This document shows positions 35,580 to 43,605 of a stretch of 64,000 nt of DNA, in pieces. This DNA is from a virus (taxonomy: Duplodnaviria > Caudoviricetes). The position numbers and the translations under genes are program-made. The stretch covers positions 32,001 through 96,000 of IMG/VR virus record IMGVR_UViG_3300044620_001883; one strand, given 5' to 3'. The notes under the pieces are model-generated. The model made no database searches and was not told the DNA's origin. It was given only the letters and a program-made list of their open reading frames with translations. The stretch's first letter is position 1. Each line of letters starts with the position of its first letter.

Positions 35580-36375
35580 CAGAGTTACAGGCAGTGCGCG
35601 CAAGAGCACTGCGGGACGTTGGAAACAGAAACAGCTGCAGAAGCAGCCCACAGGTGCGCTGCTAAAGTTCAGTCGTGACAATGCCAAGCTGGGAAGTCAC
35701 ATCCTGACGTTTTCCCTGCCATCCGGCCACACATGCCCCGGAGCTTGCACCTGTTTGGCCAAGGTGGATTTCAACACTAACCGGCTTGTGGACGGACCGC
35801 AGCAGGACACACGATGCTTTTCTGCCTCGCAGGAAGTGGCGTTCAAGAACTTGCGTGAAGCCAGGCGCTTCAACTTCGCATTGCTCCGTCGGCTCAAGAA
35901 AGCCACAGACATGCGGGATCTGATTTTGCGATCTCTGCCTGATGTGGGTGGTATCATTCGGATACACATCGGAGGTGACTTCTTTTCGCAGACATACTTT
36001 GACGCCTGGCAAATGGTGGCGCAGGCGCGTCCATATCAAAAGTTTTACGCGTACACGAAGTCCATACCGTTCTGGCGCAACTGGCTCAACAGGCACAAGG
36101 CGCTGGCCAAGAACTGTTTTCTGACGGCCAGCCTTGGTGGTAAGTTCGACGACCTAATTCTCCCGGGCTGGGTCACAGCCCAGATTGTAAAACATCCCGA
36201 CGTGGCCGAGGCGTTGGAACTGGAGATCGACCATGATGACTCCCATGCCTACAACCCGCGTGGGTCCTTTGCACTGCTGATCCATGGTCCACAACGCCCA
36301 GGTACAGAGGCTGCTGCCTCGCTCAAAACGCTGCGTGAAGAAGGTGTGCAGTACAGCTATTCACGAAAAAAATGA
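35560..36375 (+). CDS. GP88-like (Gene product 88) protein
   Basis: NAKLG..FSLPSGHTCPGACTC..C, IRIHIGGDFFSQTYFDAW, FYAYTKS. Confidence 0.75.
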   Translation: MPAIKHNRVTGSARKSTAGRWKQKQLQKQPTGALLKFSRDNAKLGSHILTFSLPSGHTCPGACTCLAKVDFNTNRLVDGPQQDTRCFSASQEVAFKNLREARRFNFALLRRLKKATDMRDLILRSLPDVGGIIRIHIGGDFFSQTYFDAWQMVAQARPYQKFYAYTKSIPFWRNWLNRHKALAKNCFLTASLGGKFDDLILPGWVTAQIVKHPDVAEALELEIDHDDSHAYNPRGSFALLIHGPQRPGTEAAASLKTLREEGVQYSYSRKK

Positions 36376-36578
36376 ACGAGCAACGAATTCTGAAGCGTCT
36401 GGCTCAAGCCCGTCGAGGGCTGTGCATTGCTTTGTGGTGTGCTGTACTTCTGCCATTACCAGCTGCCTTGATTTCTCCCTCCGTGGCTTTTATGACGTCT
36501 GGAATTGTGCTTGCAGTTGCAGCGCTTTTATGGTGGTATCGGGCGCATTTGTTTAGCAGCCTCATAGATCATGACTGA
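36372..36578 (+). CDS. Small 2-TM membrane protein
   Basis: Two hydrophobic helices; ATGA overlap. Confidence 0.65.
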   Translation: MNEQRILKRLAQARRGLCIALWCAVLLPLPAALISPSVAFMTSGIVLAVAALLWWYRAHLFSSLIDHD

Positions 36579-36939
36579 AACACCCAGCAAACCCACGCCC
36601 TATGATGGGCTTCCGCTAGAAGCCAAAGAACTGGCAGCCTTTGCGCTCTTCAAGGCGCTGCTGCAGCCGGTGGACGCAAAAGACTCACGGCCGCTGGGGG
36701 CTGTGATAAGCCTGAAGTCTTGGGAGACGTGCGCCGAGGCGGACCAAGCTGAGCTGCACTGGCGCGACGACAAGAACCTGCGCTTCATTTTCCGCAGCTT
36801 CGGCCGGGTTGTGGTTGAGGAGTTGCTGCAACAGGGCTTCACGATCAGACCGCCACGTGAAAAACAAATGCTCGACCAGCTCGATGCGGTCGTGACAGTA
36901 CCGTCACACCCTGCCTACCAACTGACGGACGACATCTGA
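36571..36939 (+). CDS. Hypothetical protein
   Basis: 122 aa. Confidence 0.7.
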   Translation: MTETPSKPTPYDGLPLEAKELAAFALFKALLQPVDAKDSRPLGAVISLKSWETCAEADQAELHWRDDKNLRFIFRSFGRVVVEELLQQGFTIRPPREKQMLDQLDAVVTVPSHPAYQLTDDI

Positions 36940-36944
36940 TACTT

Positions 36945-37406
36945 ATGCATGTCGCGCGACTACTCCAGATGGCTGATTACCTTGATCGTCTGGATCCGTC
37001 GCGTTTCACCATGCAGGCCTGGGTGCGCGTACCGCAGGCTCCGCGTTCGCACTTGATCAACCAACTCCCACCGGACAGCCGAGCTTGCCCGGTGGGATGG
37101 CTTCCTGACTTGGATCCTGAAAACTGGTGTTGGGTGGCCGTGCCTGAATCCTCTGAAGGGAAAGTGGAGTTGACCATCTACCCCGTGTGCAAGGTAGCCG
37201 CGGTATGGTGTGGGGAGGGACTGCAACCACATAACCTTGACCTCAATCCGGTGGTGTGTCGGGTGTGGCAGCAGGTGCGAGAATGGTTCGAGCTGGATTC
37301 GTTACAGCTGACGGGGCGGCTATTTGAGAGCAGTGGGTATGGTAATGGCGAGCCGGAACCGGGTCAAGTGGCGCGACGCATACGCGAGACAGTTTGTGTG
37401 CAATAA
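36945..37406 (+). CDS. Hypothetical protein
   Basis: RLLQMADYL..FTMQAW..ACPVGW pattern. Confidence 0.7.
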   Translation: MHVARLLQMADYLDRLDPSRFTMQAWVRVPQAPRSHLINQLPPDSRACPVGWLPDLDPENWCWVAVPESSEGKVELTIYPVCKVAAVWCGEGLQPHNLDLNPVVCRVWQQVREWFELDSLQLTGRLFESSGYGNGEPEPGQVARRIRETVCVQ

Positions 37407-37433
37407 CACACACCAACGCGTTATAGAAATTTG
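37400..37433 (+). promoter_or_regulatory. GCAATA-N15-TTATAGANNTTTG motif copy 3
   Basis: GCAATA 37400-05, TTATAGAAATTTG 37421-33. Confidence 0.65.
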
Positions 37434-37752
37434 AGGACGGCTACGCTTGGTGGCGCCTCACCCATCTCCCGAAAGGGCACGAACTGGGGACCTTCGGGTC
37501 CCCGCCTGCGTACTGGCTCGCTACCAGCACGCAGGTTTGTTCGGCTTCGGGCTTTGCAGTGACTTCATCGGGTCATGCATTTGGGGAAATCAAACAGGTC
37601 ATGGGTGACCTGTACGATGGTTCGTGTTCACGAGACCCCACAGGGGCGGGAATCAATATGGGGCGGCATACGCCCCCACAGGGCCCAACTGGCCCGACCG
37701 CTGACCTGGCAGTTACTACCAGGATCGTTCCGGCGAAATCCGGTTCCACACC
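37433..37752 (+). ncRNA. Highly structured RNA L3 (multi-helix junction + candidate pseudoknot)
   Basis: cUUCGg 7-bp hairpin, GAAA hairpin, 7+4-bp and 8-bp stems, long-range CACGAAC/GTTCGTG, loop ATGGGT complementary to linker ACCCAT. Confidence 0.7.
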
Positions 37753-39060
37753 ATGCAGAACAAAAGCAAACAGATGAGTCTCTCCAACATGTTCGCCCAA
37801 GGACTCACATCTATGGGCGCTCTCCTGGAGAGCAATGAGCAGTTCGCGAACCTCGCGGCGGCAAGACCGCCGCGCTGCCGCTTGACCAGCAGCTACGCAG
37901 GCCCCAACGATTTCACGTTGGAGGTCATCGGGGAACAGATGCCGGCACCGGCGAAGGTGGATGAGGCGACGGTGCGCCTCATGAAGGGATGGCTGGCCAG
38001 TCGCCAGGTCATCACGGGAATCCTTCAGGGGGATAACCTCCTGGAGGACATGTCAGTCGAGGAGGCGATCGATCTCCTCGACCAGCACCGTATCATTAAG
38101 CCCCGTGACAAGAAGTCGCTGGGCATGACCGTGTGGGAACATGCAGTTCCGCACTGCTTGTTCCGTCAGTCCCTGGAGTTCCTCCAGAAAGCAGGACCTG
38201 GCCTCCCGGCAGCCTGGGACGTGGTGGAACTCCTCGAGGATGACGACGGCACCCAAGTGGGTGTCAGCCGCGCGGATCTCGAGGACTTGATCAAGAAGAT
38301 CAAGGCCGTCGAGGCCATCGTGACGAACCTGCCCAAGATCGCAGGTCCGTTCATCCCGCTTGGGGCCGCGACACCGCGCCCCTCGCTGGACACCTCGGAT
38401 ATCCAGCGCAACACCCGCTGGGTGCCGCTGAGCCGCTGGGGTGGTACGACGGCGTTCAAGTTGCGGATTGAGGTCCGCAACGGTCGTATGACGGCCATGT
38501 CGGCCGTTCCTGAACTGGAGGGCGGTACTCGGGAGAAACCCGAGGTCGTCCAACAGGCGCGCAACCCCGACCGCCACGGGCGTCCACAGCTGACGCCCCT
38601 GCCGTCTCTTCCGCCCCTGGCGGAAGACTGCCGGTTCCTCACGGACACTTTCGCACGCCGGGAGGAGATCCTCCAGGCAGCGCCAGAGTTCGCGAAATGG
38701 GCAGGAGCGGCAGGGCTACCGCTCTTCCTGCTTCAGCAGATCAACCTGACAAAGTCGGGGAAGGTCTGGCTGCAGGACGTGATGGATCAGCAGCAGCAGG
38801 CCAAGGAGGACTTGGCCGCTGCAAAGGCTGAGGCGGCCGCCGCTGTGGCCGTTGCAATGGGTGTTCAGAACGGAGAGGTCGGCGACGATTTCTCGATTCT
38901 GGAGAATGCGATTTCGTCCGCACCGATTGCGGATGAAATCGAGATCGAGCCTGAGGTGATTTCGTCCGCACCGATTGCGGATGAGATCGAGATCGAGCCT
39001 GAGGTCGAGGCAACACCAGCTGAGGCCGAAACGACACCCGCCGAGATGGCAGTTGTTTAA
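37753..39060 (+). CDS. Hypothetical protein with acidic repeat tail, downstream of L3
   Basis: 435 aa, strongly C/G-ending codons. Confidence 0.85.
   Translation: MQNKSKQMSLSNMFAQGLTSMGALLESNEQFANLAAARPPRCRLTSSYAGPNDFTLEVIGEQMPAPAKVDEATVRLMKGWLASRQVITGILQGDNLLEDMSVEEAIDLLDQHRIIKPRDKKSLGMTVWEHAVPHCLFRQSLEFLQKAGPGLPAAWDVVELLEDDDGTQVGVSRADLEDLIKKIKAVEAIVTNLPKIAGPFIPLGAATPRPSLDTSDIQRNTRWVPLSRWGGTTAFKLRIEVRNGRMTAMSAVPELEGGTREKPEVVQQARNPDRHGRPQLTPLPSLPPLAEDCRFLTDTFARREEILQAAPEFAKWAGAAGLPLFLLQQINLTKSGKVWLQDVMDQQQQAKEDLAAAKAEAAAAVAVAMGVQNGEVGDDFSILENAISSAPIADEIEIEPEVISSAPIADEIEIEPEVEATPAEAETTPAEMAVV
38911..39006 (+). repeat. 2 x 48-nt coding repeat (ISSAPIADEIEIEPEV)
   Basis: Direct tandem copy. 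Confidence 0.95.
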
Positions 39061-39068
39061 GTGACCAC

Positions 39069-39122
39069 GGCGTGGGCCGGCTCAGGGGGTAACACCCCTG
39101 GGCCGGTTCCCGCCATCATTTT
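39069..39122 (+). terminator. Probable intrinsic terminator
   Basis: CCGGCTCAGGGG/CCCCTGGGCCGG 12-bp stem with outer GGCG/CGCC, then ATCATTTT. Confidence 0.6.
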
Positions 39123-39174
39123 AGCTATTGCGTCTTGCTGTGTACTGCTTAGATGTAAGCATCATATAGTACAC

Positions 39175-39582
39175 ATGCACTTCGATCCTCCGGAACTCGC
39201 CGTCATTGCCGACCTAATCTTGTGGTTACTCCAGGACGGTAACATCGCCGACCAAGTGACGCAGCATGGCATCAGCCTCCCGGATTTGAAGCTCAAGCTC
39301 CTGCAGGTACAAGAGACCAGTCATGACAGTGAACCCCTGTTGTTGGATGAACCAAGCAGTGATTACGAGGAGCGCAGACGCCGCAAGCCAGCCACCGTGA
39401 AGGAGAAATCACGGAACATAGCCACGCTGGTAAATTGCTACAGCAAGAAGTCGCTGACAGGTATGCAGCTACAGGAGGCTTTCTTGGAGTCCCCGAAGCA
39501 GGACCTCGTTGATTTTATCATGCTTTCACTTTTAGGATGGGCACCCCCACAGCAGCGGAAGAAATTCCCAGCGGTCAATTAG
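39175..39582 (+). CDS. Hypothetical protein
   Basis: ACACATG start; 135 aa. Confidence 0.65.
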   Translation: MHFDPPELAVIADLILWLLQDGNIADQVTQHGISLPDLKLKLLQVQETSHDSEPLLLDEPSSDYEERRRRKPATVKEKSRNIATLVNCYSKKSLTGMQLQEAFLESPKQDLVDFIMLSLLGWAPPQQRKKFPAVN

Positions 39583-40037
39583 TACCGGAAGCCACGACAG
39601 TGTCAGGGCAGGAAGTAGCCAGGTTGGTATTTGACCACGCAGAGGCAAAAGGCACAGTGGAGTTGCGACGGGAAGGCTACGGCGCGTCACTGTGGGTAGA
39701 CGGTGTTGAGCTCGCCTATGTGGATCTGTTTTACCGTTCTCCAGAAGGTCAACGCGCAATCGCCGACAGTTTGGTGCAGCGCAACACCGCTCTACTGAGC
39801 GCGCCTGACAGTCTGGTGCGGCGTAACGCCGTTTTACTGGGATCACATGCCGATGAATTTGGAGAGCAGGGGCTCCTGCAGTACATTCGAGCCGAGGATG
39901 GTAGGATCGTCAGTCGCACGTATGACGAAATAGGGCTGCCCATTGTGCGCAGTCGCTGGCGTCCTATCCAAGACACGGATCCCACTCACGTGCTGTGTGA
40001 CAAGGTTCCAGCCACCTGGGAGGCAAGCAGCATATGA
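39537..40037 (+). CDS. Hypothetical protein with a 14-aa internal duplication (start uncertain)
   Basis: DSLVQRNTALL / DSLVRRNAVLL. Confidence 0.6.
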   Translation: MGTPTAAEEIPSGQLVPEATTVSGQEVARLVFDHAEAKGTVELRREGYGASLWVDGVELAYVDLFYRSPEGQRAIADSLVQRNTALLSAPDSLVRRNAVLLGSHADEFGEQGLLQYIRAEDGRIVSRTYDEIGLPIVRSRWRPIQDTDPTHVLCDKVPATWEASSI

Positions 40038-40288
40038 CACCCCGGCAGCAAATCCGACTTAATCAAACCTTTGCGCGTGTGAAGGGTGAGTCCATTGAGG
40101 TGCTGGAGCGCGCCGAGGAAGTCTTGAAGGAAGCACTAAAACTGCTGCGGACAGATGATGTCGAACTGCCACGGTATCTGCATTCTCAAATGCAGCTAGT
40201 CACATCTGCGCTTAACAAGGTGCTTTCCGGACAGCAGCGAGTACGCGGTATCCGGGAAGCTTGCCGGATCATGGAGGGTAAGCCGTGA
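40034..40288 (+). CDS. Coiled-coil hypothetical protein
   Basis: ATGA overlap. Confidence 0.65.
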   Translation: MTPRQQIRLNQTFARVKGESIEVLERAEEVLKEALKLLRTDDVELPRYLHSQMQLVTSALNKVLSGQQRVRGIREACRIMEGKP

Positions 40289-40509
40289 AGCAACCTGATG
40301 TAATCATCTTTGTCGAAGGGGGTCTGGTGCAGGCAGTTCGTTCGACGGTACCGCTTACGGTGCAGGTGTTCGACAAGGACAACTACGACGCAGGGGGCAG
40401 GGCTGAGCGGGAGGACATGAGGCGTCGCTTTATCATTCTGGGTGACATGGACATTGATGACTGGTGGTCTGACGTCGTCAGAGAAACACATCCGCATGGA
40501 GCCTTCTGA
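40285..40509 (+). CDS. Small phage hypothetical protein
   Basis: VIIFVEGGLVQAV...VQVFDKD pattern. Confidence 0.65.
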   Translation: MKQPDVIIFVEGGLVQAVRSTVPLTVQVFDKDNYDAGGRAEREDMRRRFIILGDMDIDDWWSDVVRETHPHGAF

Positions 40510-40999
40510 AAATCAATCTTTGAAGCTGCCCAGGTTGATGGTGCAGCCGGATGGAACTGCCAAGTTGTACTTGCTGGCAGCGGATACGCATAAAGGAGGT
40601 ACGACTGTGGAATGCTTCACGGAGGAGTTGAGTATTCCACGTGCAATAGCACGCTTGCTGGACGAGTCGGAAGAGGCGGCCGTTGCTGCGTACAATGATG
40701 AGGATGAAAGTGGAGACTTCTGGGACTGGATTGAAGATGTGAGGGGTAACACCCTGGATACCTTCCAGACAGATGAGGCCACGTACTTGGTCGATCCAAC
40801 GCCACGCGTGCAGCGTCTGGAGGATCTGCTCCTCAAGGCTTTTGACCATCTGTGTTACATGGCCAATATCTTACCAGCAGGTATCATGATCGACATGGCG
40901 CGGAGTGGCCAAGATGAGGCGGCACAGCAGATCGTGAAAGAAGTAGATCGCATCCGAGCGTACCGGAAACAACATGGAAGCAATCCCAATCCCGTTTGA
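40496..40999 (+). CDS. Acidic hypothetical protein
   Basis: 167 aa. Confidence 0.65.
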   Translation: MEPSENQSLKLPRLMVQPDGTAKLYLLAADTHKGGTTVECFTEELSIPRAIARLLDESEEAAVAAYNDEDESGDFWDWIEDVRGNTLDTFQTDEATYLVDPTPRVQRLEDLLLKAFDHLCYMANILPAGIMIDMARSGQDEAAQQIVKEVDRIRAYRKQHGSNPNPV

Positions 41000-41207
41000 A
41001 CAAGAGGACCCCGTGTTGGGGAACCTGGTGGCCCGCTGGATTCTTCGTCGTCATGGTGCGTCGCCGTTTGCTGCACGGATGCTGGACATGAAGTCAGACC
41101 GCATGTTTGAAGAGATACGACGTGAAACACGCGCCCAACCCCGGAACGCTCCTTGTGGTTGCGGTTCTGGACAGAAGGCCAAGAAGTGCTGTAGTGCCCT
41201 GGTATGA
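40974..41207 (+). CDS. SEC-C motif protein
   Basis: PRNAPCGCGSGQKAKKCC. Confidence 0.8.
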   Translation: MEAIPIPFEQEDPVLGNLVARWILRRHGASPFAARMLDMKSDRMFEEIRRETRAQPRNAPCGCGSGQKAKKCCSALV

Positions 41208-41632
41208 CAAACCCCCTATCTCTTTCCGATTTTTTTGAGGCACTCGGCGGTATCGCTGCCTCTGTTTTAACCTGGCTCGATACTCCTGCTGCCTCCCCGT
41301 TCGAATCTCACAGTTTCGACATAGAGGATGACACCTTCAAAGGCTGGTTTACACCCGCGGTTTGCCAAGGCGCATCACTACGCGTGCGGCCGTTGGAAGG
41401 CCCGACGGGGCATGGGGTGGAGCTGTTGTTTTCCGTGAACGCTCCTGCAAATCCATTTCTGCATGGCAGCAAGCGTATGCAGACTCAATGGGTCGCTCCA
41501 ACTTTCAAGGCGTTGGGGTTGGATATTGATATCCTCGTTCCTCAGTCGAGTCACACGGTGTACATTACGCTCGTCCACACAGACTCACGCAGGAGTTGCG
41601 TACTGAGCGTCGTGTACTACCCACGCAAATAG
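41204..41632 (+). CDS. Hypothetical protein
   Basis: ATGA overlap. Confidence 0.65.
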   Translation: MTNPLSLSDFFEALGGIAASVLTWLDTPAASPFESHSFDIEDDTFKGWFTPAVCQGASLRVRPLEGPTGHGVELLFSVNAPANPFLHGSKRMQTQWVAPTFKALGLDIDILVPQSSHTVYITLVHTDSRRSCVLSVVYYPRK

Positions 41633-41668
41633 CGGTTGACAGTACCGTATGCGCGGGAACCATCTAGC

Positions 41669-41947
41669 ATGGACGAGACCATGCACAGCTACGATGTACT
41701 GCACCTTGCCGACTTGCTGGAGCGAGTCTGGCAGGAGCGTAGCATCGCGGCCTCGTTGGTTGAGCGCCAATCCTGGGATGTTGTTGAAGGGATGGTGCTG
41801 CACGCAACCTCGATAACGGCACTGGAGAGCAAGCTGCGCACCTGTATTAAGTTCGCGGCAAAAGGAGGTTACCGGAGAGTACTGAGGCTCGCTTTGACGC
41901 ACATGGAAGAAACCATCCTGAACATCTCGGCCTGTGTGGGAGTTTGA
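41669..41947 (+). CDS. Hypothetical protein
   Basis: Helical ORF that tiles with neighbours. Confidence 0.6.
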   Translation: MDETMHSYDVLHLADLLERVWQERSIAASLVERQSWDVVEGMVLHATSITALESKLRTCIKFAAKGGYRRVLRLALTHMEETILNISACVGV

Positions 41948-42134
41948 GTGTACGCTAGCGCGTGTGCTCACCCGCACAGGCCGCTTCACTGTAATGGCGG
42001 AGCGGAAAGAAGACGCGGAGGAGCAAGCGCTCAAGATATTGGCGGACCCGAAAAATCCGGCTGTCCAGTGGGATGCAGAAGCTGCCTGTCAGTCATCCAT
42101 GGTCGTATCCATTGAAAAAGTGGAGAAGGCCTGA
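41934..42134 (+). CDS. Small hypothetical protein
   Basis: FTVMAERKEDAEEQA pattern. Confidence 0.6.
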   Translation: MWEFECTLARVLTRTGRFTVMAERKEDAEEQALKILADPKNPAVQWDAEAACQSSMVVSIEKVEKA

Positions 42135-42150
42135 TTGGGATCTGTTCTAA

Positions 42151-42627
42151 ATGTCCAACACACTCACTTCAAATCTGCGCAGCCGGCGCAATCAACTCAT
42201 TGAATCCTTCGAGCAGGGATTCAGTTCTTCCGATATCCAGAGCGTCAACATCCTCGCGCATGCCCGGAGGCATTGGCCCGTACAGTTCACCTGGACCTAC
42301 CTGCTGGAGCGCCTGACGGTTATTCAGGGAGACACCATCACGGTGCCTGAGTTGTGGGAACTGCGCATGATTACCGATGCCGGACAGCACCCGGATTTCA
42401 ATCCGCTTGCCTGCCATCCCTGGTCTGGGTACAATCAACCCCACCCAGCTGATCGCACTTTGCAGCGCTTGAGCCGGGTTTTCGCAGGCTGCTGTGCGCG
42501 TCTGATGATAGACCGCGGGAGCGCGGTCACCCGTCAGTACTACATCCGGAGACTCCGGGCTGTGCTCGTGCGTGTCACAAATCTGTGTAACGCAGCCCAG
42601 CAGGAATACGACGACAACTGTCTCTAA
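42151..42627 (+). CDS. Hypothetical protein
   Basis: 158 aa; TAATG overlap. Confidence 0.7.
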   Translation: MSNTLTSNLRSRRNQLIESFEQGFSSSDIQSVNILAHARRHWPVQFTWTYLLERLTVIQGDTITVPELWELRMITDAGQHPDFNPLACHPWSGYNQPHPADRTLQRLSRVFAGCCARLMIDRGSAVTRQYYIRRLRAVLVRVTNLCNAAQQEYDDNCL

Positions 42628-42938
42628 TGTCTTTAACGGCCCAGCAACGCCATAACCGTACGGTGTGTAAATGCTGCCCTCAGTGTAATCTTCCCTCGGA
42701 TCGTTTGCTCCCAAGCGGACGCGCGGGGCTCTGCAGTGTGTGTCGCGTCCACCTGCGCGGTGTGCGGGATGTTTGGCGCGCTGACCGTCACGACCGGGGG
42801 CTGTGTCTGGACTGCGGTGGTCCTAAGGGGGTTAACAGGCAGGCACGTACTACCTGCCAGGGGTGTGCGGACTGCAAAGCGGCAAAGCGGCGAAATAGTT
42901 TGCAGGGCAACAGTCTCGTATGGACTATACCCCAATGA
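42627..42938 (+). CDS. Cys-rich Zn-finger protein
   Basis: CPQC, CSVC, CLDC, CQGC. Confidence 0.65.
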   Translation: MSLTAQQRHNRTVCKCCPQCNLPSDRLLPSGRAGLCSVCRVHLRGVRDVWRADRHDRGLCLDCGGPKGVNRQARTTCQGCADCKAAKRRNSLQGNSLVWTIPQ

Positions 42939-43480
42939 CACCCACCATCATCGCTTACAGCACCGCAGACTTGTTGTTTGGCAAGATCGATCGCGAGGCC
43001 ATGCAACGCTCCGTCGAGCAGGCAGTCACCGAATGGAATCGTGTACTTGCAGGGCTTGTGGTGTTTCAGCCCTGGGTGAAAGGCTGCACGGACCCTTTGG
43101 TGTTGATCACGTTTGGACACCAGTTCAAACCACGGCCAACGACAACAGAGACCTGGGCAACCTGTACACAGTTCCCAGGCAAGCTGGCACCGCGTTGGGT
43201 TATTGAGCTCAAGGACAACCCCAGGTTGAACTGGAAACCCCTGCCGGTAACCCGGTTCGGTATCTGGTGGCGCAGGGTAAACGGGCTTGCCGTTGGTAGT
43301 ATCTCGATTGTGGCGGTGCTGCTCCATGAATTGGGGCATGTGCTGCAGCTACCCCATGAGGAAGTTGAAGACTTGATCATGAGCGAGTCTTGCGCGCAGC
43401 GGGAAACCATCCGACCGATGGAAGCCAAACGGTACCGGACATGGTTTGAGAAATACATCGCGGCGCAGCAGCATGACTGA
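42935..43480 (+). CDS. Matrixin/M10-like metalloprotease
   Basis: HELGHVLQLPH followed by the Met-turn LIM. Confidence 0.75.
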   Translation: MTPTIIAYSTADLLFGKIDREAMQRSVEQAVTEWNRVLAGLVVFQPWVKGCTDPLVLITFGHQFKPRPTTTETWATCTQFPGKLAPRWVIELKDNPRLNWKPLPVTRFGIWWRRVNGLAVGSISIVAVLLHELGHVLQLPHEEVEDLIMSESCAQRETIRPMEAKRYRTWFEKYIAAQQHD

Positions 43481-43605
43481 GCGTCCCAAGTTCGCAGATG
43501 GTTCGGGCAATACCTGAGGTACGCGCTCCGGTTGTGGGAAGGTGAATGGCGCAAAGCGTAAATCTTACCCGTGACAATGGAGGGACCGGTGGTTAAACTT
43601 CTCCT

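Noticed and set aside
37433-37752. tmRNA, RNase P RNA, hammerhead or group I/II intron identity for L3 (ends ...CACCA)
   Set aside because: No matching acceptor stem or canonical T-arm, no tag ORF, no GAGGAAAGUCC, no CUGANGA core or domain V; it interrupts no gene
37753-39060. Chimallin (phage nucleus shell) identity
   Set aside because: Only circumstantial (probably abundant and early); size differs and no sequence resemblance was recognised
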